The notes under the pieces are model-generated. The model saw only the letters and a list, made by a program, of their open reading frames with translations, was not told the origin of the DNA and made no database searches. 64,000 nucleotides of DNA from an uncultured Gemmatimonadaceae bacterium (GTDB taxonomy: Bacteria; Gemmatimonadota; Gemmatimonadetes; Gemmatimonadales; GWC2-71-9), in contig CAZRCT010000002.1 in the NCBI GenBank assembly GCA_964598655.1, positions 67,146 through 131,145 of the forward strand. The letters are read 5' to 3'. Position numbers and translations under genes: made by a program. The number at the start of each line of letters is the position of its first letter. Positions within the stretch are counted from its first letter, which is position 1. This document shows, piece after piece, positions 1 through 9,269 of the stretch.

Positions 1-209
1 CGCGTGGCGTGGAGGTGCTGGACAAGGTCATGGCGGGCCAGGACCGCGAGGCCAACGTGGCCCTCACCCGCGACCTCTGCAACACCATGCTGTACGGCTC
101 GCTCTGCGCGCTGGGCGGCATGACGCCCTACCCCGTGCTGAGCGCCCTGAACCACTTCCCGGAAGATTTCGGGCTGCCCGCGGCCGAACCGGCCGCGGCG
201 GCCCGCTGA
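1..209 (+). CDS. 3' end of NuoF-like (FdsB-type) NAD-reducing formate dehydrogenase beta subunit; the start lies upstream of the window
   Basis: The C-terminal peptide ...LCNTMLYGSLCALGGMTPYPVLSALNHF is typical of the NuoF/FdsB 4Fe-4S region. It lies directly upstream of the fdsA-like gene. Confidence 0.6.
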   Translation, partial: RGVEVLDKVMAGQDREANVALTRDLCNTMLYGSLCALGGMTPYPVLSALNHFPEDFGLPAAEPAAAAR

Positions 210-231
210 CCAGGATCCACCTGGAGCCCTG

Positions 232-3084
232 ATGACCGCCATCCACGAGATCGACTACGGCACCCCGGCGAGCGAGAGCACCACGATGGTGAGCCTCACC
301 ATCGACGGCATCCCGGTCACCGTGCCCGCGGGCACCAGCCTGATGCGCGCCGCGGCCGAGGCCGGCATCGCGGTGCCCAAGCTCTGCGCCACCGACAGCC
401 TCAAGGCCTTCGGGTCCTGCCGCCTCTGCCTGGTGCAGGTCGACGGCCGCCGCGGCTTCCCGGCCTCCTGCACCACGCCGGCCGAGCCGGGGATGAAGGT
501 CTGGACGCAGAACAGCAAGCTGGCCGAGCTCCGCCGCGGGGTCATGGAGCTCTACATCTCCGACCACCCGCTCGACTGCCTCACCTGCTCCGCAAACGGC
601 GACTGCGAGCTGCAGGACATGGCCGGTGCGGTGGGCCTGCGCGAGGTGCGCTACGGCTACGAGGGCGCCAATCACCTGACGGCCGAGAAGGACACCTCCA
701 ACCCGTACTTCACCTTCGACCCGGCCAAGTGCATCGTCTGCTCGCGCTGCGTCCGCGCCTGCGAGGAGATCCAGGGCACCTTCGCGCTCACCATCGACGG
801 GCGCGGGTTCCAGTCGGTGGTCTCGCCCGGCCAGCTCGAGGCGTTCATGGAGTCGGAGTGCGTCTCCTGCGGCGCCTGCGTCCAGGCCTGCCCCACCGCG
901 ACGCTGATGGACAACAGCGTCATCGCGGCCGGCACGCCCGACCGCGCGGTGGTGACCACCTGCGCCTACTGCGGGGTGGGCTGCGCCTTCAAGGCGGAGA
1001 TGCGCGGCAGCGAACTGGTGCGGATGACGCCGTACAAGGACGGCAAGGCCAACCACGGCCACTCCTGCGTGAAGGGCCGCTTTGCCTGGGGCTACGCCAC
1101 GCACAAGGACCGGATCACCACGCCGATGATCCGCAAGTCCATCCGGGACCCGTGGCAGGAGGTTTCCTGGGAGGAGGCCATCGCCTACGCGGCGTCGGAG
1201 TTCAAGCGGCTGCAGGCCACGCACGGCCGTGGCTCCGTGGGCGCCATCACCTCATCGCGCTGCACCAATGAGGAGACGTACCTGGTGCAGAAGCTGGTGC
1301 GCGCCGCCTTCGGCAACAACAACGTGGACACCTGCGCCCGCGTCTGCCACTCCCCCACCGGGTACGGGCTCAAGCAGACGCTCGGCGAATCGGCCGGCAC
1401 GCAGGACTTCGACTCGATCCGCGCCACCGACGTGATGTTCGTGATCGGCGCCAACCCGACCGACGGCCACCCCGTGTTCGGCTCCGCCATGAAGCGCCGC
1501 CTCCGCGAGGGGGCCCGGCTGATCGTGGCGGACCCGCGCACCATCGACCTGGTGCGCTCGCCGCACGTCGAGGCGACGTACCACCTCAAGCTGCGCCCCG
1601 GCACCAACGTGGCGCTGCTGACCGCGCTGGCGCACGTGATCGTCACGGAGGGGCTGGTGGCGGAGGCGTTCGTCCGCGAGCGCTGCGAGATCCCGAGCTT
1701 CGAGCAGTGGCGCGAGTTCGTGGCCCGGCCGGAGCACTCGCCGGAGGCCACCGAGGCGGTCACCGGCGTGCCGGCGGCCGAGGTGCGCGGCGCCGCGCGG
1801 CTCTACGCCACCGGCGGCAACGCGGCCATCTACTACGGCCTCGGCGTCACCGAGCACAGCCAGGGCAGCACCAGCGTCATGGCCATCGCCAACCTGGCCA
1901 TGGCCACCGGCAACATCGGGCGCGAGGGCGTGGGCGTGAACCCGCTCCGCGGCCAGAACAACGTGCAGGGCTCCTGCGACATGGGCAGCTTCCCGCACGA
2001 GCTGCCGGGCTACCGCCACGTGCTCGACGAGGGGCCGCGCGCGCTCTTCGGCCAGGCCTGGGGCGTCGAGCTCGAGCCGGAGCCGGGCCTGCGCATCCCC
2101 AACATGTTCGAGGCCGCGCTCGAGGGCAGCTTCAAGGGCCTCTACCTCGAGGGCGAGGACATCGCGCAGTCGGACCCCAACACCCAGCACGTCACCGCGG
2201 CGCTCGAGGCCATGGAATGCATCGTGGTCCAGGACCTGTTCCTGAACGAGACCGCGAAGTTCGCCCACGTCTTCCTGCCGGGCTCGTCCTTCCTCGAGAA
2301 GGACGGGACGTTCACCAACGCCGAGCGCCGCATCTCGCGGGTGCGGAAGGTCATGCCGCCGCTCGCGGGCAAGGAGGACTGGCAGGTCACCATGGACCTG
2401 TCCAACGCCCTGGGCTACCCGATGCAGTACGCCCACCCGTCCGAGATCATGGACGAGATCGCGCGCCTCACGCCCACCTTCCACGGCGTGAGCTTCGATC
2501 GCATCGACGAACTGGGCAGCATCCAGTGGCCCTGCAACGACGAGCACCCCACCGGCACCCCGGTGATGCACGAGCGGGAGTTCGTCCGCGGCAAGGGCCG
2601 CTTCATCCTCACCGAGTACGTGGCCACCGAGGAGCGGGTCAACAGCCGCTTCCCGCTCATCCTCACCACCGGGCGCACCCTGTCGCAGTACAACGTGGGC
2701 GCCCAGACCCGCCGCACCGCCAACGTGCAGTGGCACGAGGAGGACCGCCTCGAGATCCATCCGCACGACGCCGAGGACCGCGGCATCAAGGACGGCGACT
2801 GGGTGGGCATCGTGAGCCGGGCCGGCGAGACCACGCTCCGCGCCCGCGTCACCGAGCGGGTGCAGCCGGGCGTGGTGTACACCACGTTTCATCACCCGGA
2901 GTCGGGCGCCAACGTCATCACCACCGAGAACTCGGACTGGGCCACCAACTGCCCCGAGTACAAGGTCACCGCCGTCCAGGTGACGCCGGTCTTCGGCACC
3001 TCCGAGTGGCAGGCCCGCTTCCGGCAGTTCACGAAGGAACAGCTGAGCCTGCTCGCGCAGGCGCACGCGGAGGGCCGTCCATGA
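232..3084 (+). CDS. fdsA: Formate dehydrogenase alpha subunit: N-terminal 2Fe-2S and 4Fe-4S clusters plus a molybdopterin oxidoreductase domain
   Basis: 950-aa ORF. It has an N-terminal ferredoxin-like segment (CRLCLV), the motifs CxxCxxCxxxC (CIVCSRCVRACEE, CVSCGACVQACP) and TTCAYCGVGC, a Cys active-site region (ARVCHSPTG), and a C-terminal molydop-binding domain. Confidence 0.9.
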   Translation: MTAIHEIDYGTPASESTTMVSLTIDGIPVTVPAGTSLMRAAAEAGIAVPKLCATDSLKAFGSCRLCLVQVDGRRGFPASCTTPAEPGMKVWTQNSKLAELRRGVMELYISDHPLDCLTCSANGDCELQDMAGAVGLREVRYGYEGANHLTAEKDTSNPYFTFDPAKCIVCSRCVRACEEIQGTFALTIDGRGFQSVVSPGQLEAFMESECVSCGACVQACPTATLMDNSVIAAGTPDRAVVTTCAYCGVGCAFKAEMRGSELVRMTPYKDGKANHGHSCVKGRFAWGYATHKDRITTPMIRKSIRDPWQEVSWEEAIAYAASEFKRLQATHGRGSVGAITSSRCTNEETYLVQKLVRAAFGNNNVDTCARVCHSPTGYGLKQTLGESAGTQDFDSIRATDVMFVIGANPTDGHPVFGSAMKRRLREGARLIVADPRTIDLVRSPHVEATYHLKLRPGTNVALLTALAHVIVTEGLVAEAFVRERCEIPSFEQWREFVARPEHSPEATEAVTGVPAAEVRGAARLYATGGNAAIYYGLGVTEHSQGSTSVMAIANLAMATGNIGREGVGVNPLRGQNNVQGSCDMGSFPHELPGYRHVLDEGPRALFGQAWGVELEPEPGLRIPNMFEAALEGSFKGLYLEGEDIAQSDPNTQHVTAALEAMECIVVQDLFLNETAKFAHVFLPGSSFLEKDGTFTNAERRISRVRKVMPPLAGKEDWQVTMDLSNALGYPMQYAHPSEIMDEIARLTPTFHGVSFDRIDELGSIQWPCNDEHPTGTPVMHEREFVRGKGRFILTEYVATEERVNSRFPLILTTGRTLSQYNVGAQTRRTANVQWHEEDRLEIHPHDAEDRGIKDGDWVGIVSRAGETTLRARVTERVQPGVVYTTFHHPESGANVITTENSDWATNCPEYKVTAVQVTPVFGTSEWQARFRQFTKEQLSLLAQAHAEGRP

Positions 3085-3323
3085 GCAGCCTCGGGCACCT
3101 GGTCCAGATGGCCAACCAGATCGCCACCTTCCACGCGGCGCTGCCCGACCACACCGAGGCGGTGAATGGGGTGGCCGCGCACCTCAGGCGCTTCTGGGAG
3201 CCCCGCATGCGGGCCACGCTCCTGGAGCACCTCGAGGACCCCGCGTGCGCCGCCCTGCACCCGCTGGTCCGTGAGGCCATCGCCACCCACGCCGACGACC
3301 TGCGACCGGCGTCCCCGCGCTGA
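3081..3323 (+). CDS. fdsD: Formate dehydrogenase delta subunit (FdsD-like)
   Basis: 80-aa ORF whose ATG overlaps the fdsA stop (ATGA). The MANQIATFH motif is typical of FdsD, and its position after fdsA fits. Confidence 0.65.
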   Translation: MSSLGHLVQMANQIATFHAALPDHTEAVNGVAAHLRRFWEPRMRATLLEHLEDPACAALHPLVREAIATHADDLRPASPR

Positions 3324-3336
3324 CCGACGCCCGCCC

Positions 3337-3369
3337 CGGCGCCCCGTCCTCGATGAGTGCGGGGCGCCG
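3337..3369 (+). terminator. Candidate stem-loop after the fds operon
   Basis: cggcgccccg (3337-3346) pairs with cggggcgccg (3360-3369) around a 13-nt loop. There is no clear T-tract. Confidence 0.3.
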
Positions 3370-3471
3370 CTTCGTTGGAATATCCGTTCACGAAGCCGCG
3401 CCGCGCCCCGAACCCCGTTGCCGATTCGGCTGGTCCGATTAGCGTTCGGGGCGCTTTCACCGGACCAGCCC

Positions 3472-5244
3472 GTGCCCGTCGCCTTTCCCCGCTTCCGTGA
3501 CCTCCGCGACTTCCTCGCCGCCCTCGAGCAGCGGGGCGACGTCCGCCGCATCACCGCCGAGGTGGATCCCTACCTCGAGGTCTCGGAGATCATCCAGCGG
3601 GTGGTCCGGCAGGACGGGCCCGCCCTCATCTTCGAGAACATCAAGGGGAGCAGGTTCCCCCTCGTGGCGGGCATCTTCAGCGCCGAGCGGCGCGTCAACC
3701 TGGCGCTGGGGCGGGACCCGAGGGAAATCGGGGAGGAACTGCTGGCGGTCATGAAGGGCCTGAATCCGCCGTCCCTCGGCGCGCTGTGGCGCTCGCGGGA
3801 GTTCATCGCGCGCGGGCGCTTCGTGCGGCCCAAGGTGGTGACCCGGGCACCGGTCCAGGAAGTGGTGGAAGACCCGAGGCTCTCGTCGTTCCCCCACATC
3901 GTCAGCTGGCCACGGGACGGCGGGCCGTTCATCACCTGGGGTCCCACCTTGACCTGCGACCCGGTGAACGGCCGCCGCAACTTCGGCCTCTACCGCCTGC
4001 AGGTCTTCGACGACCGCACCACCGGCATGCACTGGCAGAGCATGAAGGGCGGCCGCGCGCACCACTACGAGGCGGAAAAGCTCAACAAGAAGCTCCCCAC
4101 CGCCGTGGTCCTGGGCGGCGACCCGCTCACCATGATGGCCGCGATCCTCCCGCTCCCGGAGGACTTCGACGAGCTGGCCTTCGCCGGCTTCTTCCGCGGC
4201 GCCCGCACCGAGGTGGTCCGGACCATCGCCGGCGACCTCCTGGTGCCGGCCACGGCGGAGATCATCCTCGAGGGCTACGTGGCGCCCCACGAGCGCCGCA
4301 GCGAGGGCCCCTTCGGCGACCACTACGGCCACTACTCCGAGGCCGCCGACTTCCCCGTCTTCCACGTGGAGCGCGTCACCCGCCGCCGCGACGCCCTGTA
4401 CCCCGGCACCGTCGTCGGCAAGCCGCCGCAGGAGGACAAGTACCTCGGCAACGCCGTGGGGGAGATGACGGCGCCGCTCATCCGGCTCCTCAACCCCAAC
4501 GTCACCGACCTCTACGCCTACGACTCCGCCAGCTTCCACAACCTGATCGGCGTCTCCATGAAGGAGCGCCATCCCAAGGAAGTGCTGAAGACGGCGCTGG
4601 CGCTGCTCGGCACCGGGCAGCTCTCGCTCACCAAGGCGGCGGTGCTGGTGCAGGAGCACGTGCCGGTGCGGAACTTCCAGGCGCTGCTCCGCGAGATGTG
4701 GTACCGCTTCGAGCCGCGCGACCGGATGCTCCTGCTCCCGATCGGCGCCCTCGACACCCTCGACTACACCTCCTACGTGATGCACGTGGGCGCCAAGGTG
4801 GTCTTCGACGCCACCGGCGACGCGCTCACCAACGAGGCCCCGCCGTCGGAGATCGCCAATCCCGCCCAGTGCGACAGCCGAGTCCTCGGGCATCGGCTCC
4901 TCGACGGCGGCTGGCTGGTCGTGCAGGTGGAGCAGCAGCCCAAGGACGTGCTCAGGAAGCTGCTCGCCTGGCCCGGCCTCGGCCCGGTGAAGTTCGTGGT
5001 GGCGGTGAGTACCGACGTGGAGCTGGCGAGCGAGATGAGCCTGCTCTGGGGCATCTTCAACCGGTTCGATCCGGTGCTGGACATGATCTTCAGCCGGCAG
5101 GAGTTCGTCGGCGCCCGGCCCGTCTACCACGGCCCGATCGCCATCGACTCCACCATGAAGGACGGCTACCCCGTCCCGGTCACCATGCCGGACGAGGTGG
5201 TGCGGACCGTGGACCGCCGCTGGAAGGAGTACTTCCCGGGCTGA
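3472..5244 (+). CDS. UbiD-family (prenyl-FMN dependent) decarboxylase, possibly the menaquinone/futalosine-type MqnL
   Basis: The ORF is open from 3166, but UbiD-like similarity begins at ...FRDLRDFLAALEQRGDVRRITAEVDPYLEVSEI.... The start is assigned to the in-frame GTG at 3472, which is uncertain. A UbiA-family gene lies nearby. Confidence 0.8.
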   Translation: MPVAFPRFRDLRDFLAALEQRGDVRRITAEVDPYLEVSEIIQRVVRQDGPALIFENIKGSRFPLVAGIFSAERRVNLALGRDPREIGEELLAVMKGLNPPSLGALWRSREFIARGRFVRPKVVTRAPVQEVVEDPRLSSFPHIVSWPRDGGPFITWGPTLTCDPVNGRRNFGLYRLQVFDDRTTGMHWQSMKGGRAHHYEAEKLNKKLPTAVVLGGDPLTMMAAILPLPEDFDELAFAGFFRGARTEVVRTIAGDLLVPATAEIILEGYVAPHERRSEGPFGDHYGHYSEAADFPVFHVERVTRRRDALYPGTVVGKPPQEDKYLGNAVGEMTAPLIRLLNPNVTDLYAYDSASFHNLIGVSMKERHPKEVLKTALALLGTGQLSLTKAAVLVQEHVPVRNFQALLREMWYRFEPRDRMLLLPIGALDTLDYTSYVMHVGAKVVFDATGDALTNEAPPSEIANPAQCDSRVLGHRLLDGGWLVVQVEQQPKDVLRKLLAWPGLGPVKFVVAVSTDVELASEMSLLWGIFNRFDPVLDMIFSRQEFVGARPVYHGPIAIDSTMKDGYPVPVTMPDEVVRTVDRRWKEYFPG

Positions 5245-5250
5245 AACGGA

Positions 5251-5284
5251 CGGCGGGCGGGCGACCGGAGTCGCCCGCCCGCCG
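5251..5284. terminator. Bidirectional stem-loop between convergent genes
   Basis: Perfect 15-bp stem: cggcgggcgggcgac (5251-5265), loop cgga, gtcgcccgcccgccg (5270-5284). Confidence 0.6.
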
Positions 5285-5302
5285 CGTGGACCTCGAGGAA
5301 CC

Positions 5303-5833
5303 TCAGACGGCGGCGGCGATCACCGCGTCCGGGTCGTAGTTCACCAGGGTGTTGAGCCCGAACATCCGGTCCATCGCCTTCCAGAAGCTGGCGATCCAGA
5401 TGGCGGAGGCCGTCTCCGGCCCGTAGAGCAGCTCCTCGTTGAGGAACTTCATCCAGGCGGCGTCCTTCCAGCTGATGAAGCGGGCGATCGCCGCCTCACC
5501 CAGGGCCCCCGGCTGGGGCATGGCCTGCGGCATCTGGCTGTGGCGCGAGTTGAGCATCACGTTGACCCGCGGGCCGGCGCAGATGGTGTGGGTGTAGACG
5601 TTGTACTTCTTCCGCATGTCGTACAGGCAGACCATCGCCACCACGGTGCCCTCGGTCACCTCGGTCACGGTGGTCGGGAAGACCACCCGCACCACGTCGT
5701 CCTCGAGGTACTTGAAGAGGCGGGGCTCCGGCACCACCTCGTAGCCGCCCCGGTTCACGTAATAGATCTCGGACTTCCAGTTCTCGCAGCTGGTGATTTC
5801 GCGGACGATCTCCTCGCGCGACATCTTGGGCAT
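5303..5833 (-). CDS. Hypothetical cytoplasmic protein (176 aa)
   Basis: The ORF is trimmed to the ATG at 5833 (MPKMSREEIV...). Composition looks coding and there are no TM segments. I do not recognise the family. Confidence 0.55.
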   Translation of the reverse strand: MPKMSREEIVREITSCENWKSEIYYVNRGGYEVVPEPRLFKYLEDDVVRVVFPTTVTEVTEGTVVAMVCLYDMRKKYNVYTHTICAGPRVNVMLNSRHSQMPQAMPQPGALGEAAIARFISWKDAAWMKFLNEELLYGPETASAIWIASFWKAMDRMFGLNTLVNYDPDAVIAAAV

Positions 5834-5909
5834 GGGGCAAGCTCCGTCGGGGATGCGGTAGACAGGGTGAGCGGTTGCGGGCAAGATAGGGTGGAGGCAT
5901 GAAACTACC

Positions 5910-6848
5910 GTGAGGAATCCCCGAGGTGACATGGAGGAAACCCGTCCACCGGTCCCCAACCCGGACGGGCAGGTCTTGCCCGGCTCCTCGACGTTGGTGG
6001 CGTACCTCAACTTCGTCAAGTTCCCGCACACGCTCTTCGCGTTGCCGTTCGCGCTGCTCGGCGTGGTGGCCGCCTCGGCCACCACGGCCCTGCAGTGGCG
6101 GACCGTGGCCCTGGCCGTGGTGGCCTTCGCCGCCGCCCGCTGGGCGGCGCTCGGCTTCAACATGATCGTGGACCTGCGCTACGACCTGGTGAACCCCCGG
6201 AACCAGCGCCGGGAGCTCCCCCGGGGCGCCCTGACGCTCCGTCAGGCGTGGATCTCGGTGGCCCTGGCCGGCGCCATCTTCCTCGCGGCCTCGGCCGCCA
6301 TCAACCCCCTCTGTGCCCGCCTGGCCCCCATCGCCCTGGCCTGGGTGATGACCTATTCGTTCGCCAAGCGCTTCACCAACTGGCCCCACCTCTGGCTCGG
6401 GATCTCGCTCGCCATCGCCCCGGTGGGCGGCTGGCTCGCCGTGACCGGGCGCTGGAGCGAGCCGGCGTGGGCCCTCGTGGCCATCATCGTGGCGGTGGCC
6501 ACCTGGACCGCCGGCTTCGACATCTTCTACTCGCTGCCGGACGAGGAGTTCGACCGCGCCCAGGGGCTGCACAGCCTCGTGGCCCGCTTCGGCGTGCCCG
6601 CCACGCTCGCCATCGCGCGGGGACTGCATGCGCTCACCGTCCCCGCGCTCGCGCTCTTCGGCCTCGGCGTGGGCCTTGGCCCCTGGTACTTCGTGGGCGT
6701 GGCCGCCGCCGCCGTCATCCTCCTCTATGAGCACTCGCTGGTCCGGGCAGGGGACCTCTCCCGCCTCGACGCGGCGTTCTTCACCATGAACGCGGTGATG
6801 TCCGCCACGGTCCTCGGCTTCGCCCTGCTCGACCGCGTGCTCCGCTGA
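5910..6848 (+). CDS. UbiA-family aromatic prenyltransferase (4-hydroxybenzoate polyprenyltransferase-like / MqnP-like)
   Basis: Polytopic membrane protein with NMIVDLRYD (NxxxDxxxD) and a second Asp-rich motif (FDIFYSLPDEEFD). An alternative ATG lies at 5931. Confidence 0.85.
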   Translation: MRNPRGDMEETRPPVPNPDGQVLPGSSTLVAYLNFVKFPHTLFALPFALLGVVAASATTALQWRTVALAVVAFAAARWAALGFNMIVDLRYDLVNPRNQRRELPRGALTLRQAWISVALAGAIFLAASAAINPLCARLAPIALAWVMTYSFAKRFTNWPHLWLGISLAIAPVGGWLAVTGRWSEPAWALVAIIVAVATWTAGFDIFYSLPDEEFDRAQGLHSLVARFGVPATLAIARGLHALTVPALALFGLGVGLGPWYFVGVAAAAVILLYEHSLVRAGDLSRLDAAFFTMNAVMSATVLGFALLDRVLR

Positions 6849-7855
6849 TGCGCCGGGGGGACTGGCTTGCCTGGGAGGGATACGCCCCGTGGCGGGAGAC
6901 GGTGGTCGCCTGCCGCCGCGAGTTCGAGCAGGTGGTGCTGAGCTTCGGCCTCATCCCCTGGCTCATCCCGCCGCCCCGCCGCGAGGACATCGCCCTCCTC
7001 TACTGCTTCTGCCGCCGCCTCGACGATGACGTGGACGAGGCCACCGACGTGCCTGCCGCCCGCGCCGCGCTCGCGGCCGCGCGCGCGGAGCTGGCGGGGA
7101 CGGCCCCGGCCCGCCCGCTCATCGCCGCCTTCCACGCCATGGCGCGCCGCAACGCGCTCCCCCTCGAGTGCGCCGGCCACCTCCTCGATGGGATGCAGGG
7201 CGACCTCGGGCCGGTCCGCGTGGCGGACGACGCGGAGCTGATCCGGTACTCCTACCGGGTCAGCGCAGCCGTGGGCCAGCTGCTCTCGCCGCTCCTCGGG
7301 ATCGGTGACCGCGAGGCCCTGGTGCGCGCCGTGGACCTGGGCCTCGGCCTCCAGGTCAGCAACATCCTCCTCGGCGTCGTGGCCGATGCCGCCCGGGACC
7401 GGGTGTACCTGCCGGCCACCCGCCTCGCCGCCCACGGCCTCGACCACGAGGCCGTCCTGGCCGATCCGTCCTCCCCGCGCCTCACCCCGGTCAAGGCGGA
7501 GCTCGCCGCCCTGGCCGACACCCTCTACCGGAGCGCCGAACTCGGCGCGTCCCGGACGCCCTACCGCTACCGCCACGGGATCATGCTCCTGGGCCGGGTG
7601 TACGGGGGGATGGGCCGCGCCATCGTGGCCAACCCCGCGGCCCCCACCCAGCCGCTCCAGCTCCGCTGGCCCACCCGGATCGGTCGCCTGATCGAGGTGC
7701 TGGTCCGGGGATTCCATCCCGAGGTGCTGGGCCTCATCCCTCCCACCCCGCACGACCCGGCCCTCCACGCCCCCATCGCCGGCTGGCCCGGCGTGGATCC
7801 CCGGGCCGAGGCCGCCCGCGCTTACGGAACGGTCCCCGCCGGGCCATCTTTGTAG
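6848..7855 (+). CDS. Squalene/phytoene synthase family protein
   Basis: Motifs LLYCFCRRLDDDVDE and QVSNILLGVVADAARDRVYLP are the two Asp-rich motifs of trans-isoprenyl diphosphate synthases (head-to-head type). The ATG overlaps the upstream stop (TGATG). Confidence 0.8.
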   Translation: MRRGDWLAWEGYAPWRETVVACRREFEQVVLSFGLIPWLIPPPRREDIALLYCFCRRLDDDVDEATDVPAARAALAAARAELAGTAPARPLIAAFHAMARRNALPLECAGHLLDGMQGDLGPVRVADDAELIRYSYRVSAAVGQLLSPLLGIGDREALVRAVDLGLGLQVSNILLGVVADAARDRVYLPATRLAAHGLDHEAVLADPSSPRLTPVKAELAALADTLYRSAELGASRTPYRYRHGIMLLGRVYGGMGRAIVANPAAPTQPLQLRWPTRIGRLIEVLVRGFHPEVLGLIPPTPHDPALHAPIAGWPGVDPRAEAARAYGTVPAGPSL

Positions 7856-7856
7856 C

Positions 7857-8648
7857 ATGGATTTCGGACTGCGGGACCGGGTGGCCCTCGTTTGCGGGGG
7901 CTCCTCCGGGCTCGGCTACGCGATCGGGGAACTCTTCCTGGCCGAGGGCGCCATCGTCGCCCTGAACGGCCGCGACGGGACCCGGCTGGACGACGCGGTG
8001 CGCCGGCTCTCGGCGGCCGCCCCGGGGCGAGTGCACGGCTTTCCCGCCGACGTCTCGGAGGGGGACGCCGCGGGCGCACTGGTGGCACGGGTCCACGAGG
8101 CCCTCGGGGGCCCCGACATCGTCCTCTGCAACGCCGGCGGCCCGCCGTCGGGACCGCTCGAGGCGCATGACGCCGCGACCTGGCAGCGCGCGCTCGACAC
8201 CTCGCTCCTGTCCACGGTGCACCTCTGCCGCGCCGCGCTGCCGCACATGCGGGCGCGGCGCTGGGGCCGGATCCTCTGCCTCACGTCGGTGGCGGCCAAG
8301 CAGCCCACGCTGGGCCTCATCCTGTCCACCACCGCCCGCGCCGGCGTCCTCGGCTTCGCCAAGGCGCTGAGCGACGAGGTGGCGCGCGACGGGATCACGG
8401 TCAACGTGCTCTGCCCCGGGTTCTTCACCACCGACCGCCTGCGCTCCCTGGCCGAAACCCGCGGCAAGGCCGCCGGGAAGGATGCCGACACGGTGCTCAC
8501 GGAAATGGGGCAGGCGGTCCCGGCCGGCCGCCTCGGCAGCCCGGCGGAATTCGCGGCGGCGGCGGTGTTCCTGGCCTCCGAGCCCGCTCGCTACATCACC
8601 GGCACCGCCCTCTCCGTGGATGGCGGCGCCACCCGTGCCATTGCCTGA
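7857..8648 (+). CDS. Short-chain dehydrogenase/reductase (SDR)
   Basis: N-terminal ALVCGGSSGLGYAIG Rossmann motif, a classical SDR length of 263 aa, and the C-terminal ...ITGTALSVDGG. Confidence 0.85.
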   Translation: MDFGLRDRVALVCGGSSGLGYAIGELFLAEGAIVALNGRDGTRLDDAVRRLSAAAPGRVHGFPADVSEGDAAGALVARVHEALGGPDIVLCNAGGPPSGPLEAHDAATWQRALDTSLLSTVHLCRAALPHMRARRWGRILCLTSVAAKQPTLGLILSTTARAGVLGFAKALSDEVARDGITVNVLCPGFFTTDRLRSLAETRGKAAGKDADTVLTEMGQAVPAGRLGSPAEFAAAAVFLASEPARYITGTALSVDGGATRAIA

Positions 8649-8654
8649 GACCCG

Positions 8655-9269
8655 ATGAGTCATACCCTCACGCTCGCCGCCCCCGACGGCACCCACGCCG
8701 TCACGCTGGGCCGGGAATTCCAGCAGTGGACCATGGGGCCCACCGCGCTCACCATCCCCGAGGACGTGCGCGACCGCGGCTTGGCCTTCATGGCCGACGC
8801 CACCACCACCGAAAAGAAGATCCCCCGCGACGTCCTCTGGCTCTGGGTGCGCGCCCTGCGCGCGGCCTGGCGCCGGGCCCCCAAGAGCTACGTGGGCCTC
8901 TGGCGCAAGCGGCCGGACGGCCTGGAGGAGTCCACGGAGGCCTATCTCACCGACGGCAAGACGGCCTGGATGGTCGAGGCCGTCCCGGACGGGCTCAGCG
9001 TCAGCAAGCTGACCCCGACGCAGGCCGCCGATCGGCAGAAGCGCCAGAAGGCGCTGTTCCTGAAGGCCGATGCCACCGCCGCCACGGCCTGGGCCAAGGC
9101 GGGGCGCATGACCCCCGAGGAGTTCCTGCCGCTGATCGGCGAGGCGCCGCTGCGGCTGGAGCACGTGACCCCGGGCCAGCACTTCGCCGGGGAGCTTGCC
9201 GCCCTCGAGGCGCTGGTCCTCCACCTCGAGGCCACGGCGCTGCCCGCGGCCGTATGCACCGCCACCTGA
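8655..9269 (+). CDS. Hypothetical protein (204 aa)
   Basis: ORF in an operon-like arrangement. No family recognised. Confidence 0.5.
   Translation: MSHTLTLAAPDGTHAVTLGREFQQWTMGPTALTIPEDVRDRGLAFMADATTTEKKIPRDVLWLWVRALRAAWRRAPKSYVGLWRKRPDGLEESTEAYLTDGKTAWMVEAVPDGLSVSKLTPTQAADRQKRQKALFLKADATAATAWAKAGRMTPEEFLPLIGEAPLRLEHVTPGQHFAGELAALEALVLHLEATALPAAVCTAT

Noticed and set aside
64-3066. Long antisense or alternate-frame ORFs overlapping fdsA (for example 64-1224 minus, 1252-3066 minus, 1707-3323 plus before 3081). Similar cases occur elsewhere: 13797-17420 plus, 19652-22294 minus, 26122-28782 minus, 35423-37378 minus, 46662-48326 plus and 59015-62308 plus before 60809.
   Set aside because: Their translations are Arg/Gly/Ala/Pro-rich low-complexity strings, typical of stop-codon-poor GC-rich DNA. 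Each is fully shadowed by an ORF with clear family motifs on the other strand or in another frame.
232-3084. Possible selenocysteine (in-frame TGA) in the formate dehydrogenase alpha subunit
   Set aside because: The ORF is uninterrupted and the active-site position reads Cys (ARVCHSPTG). No in-frame TGA or SECIS-like requirement is apparent.
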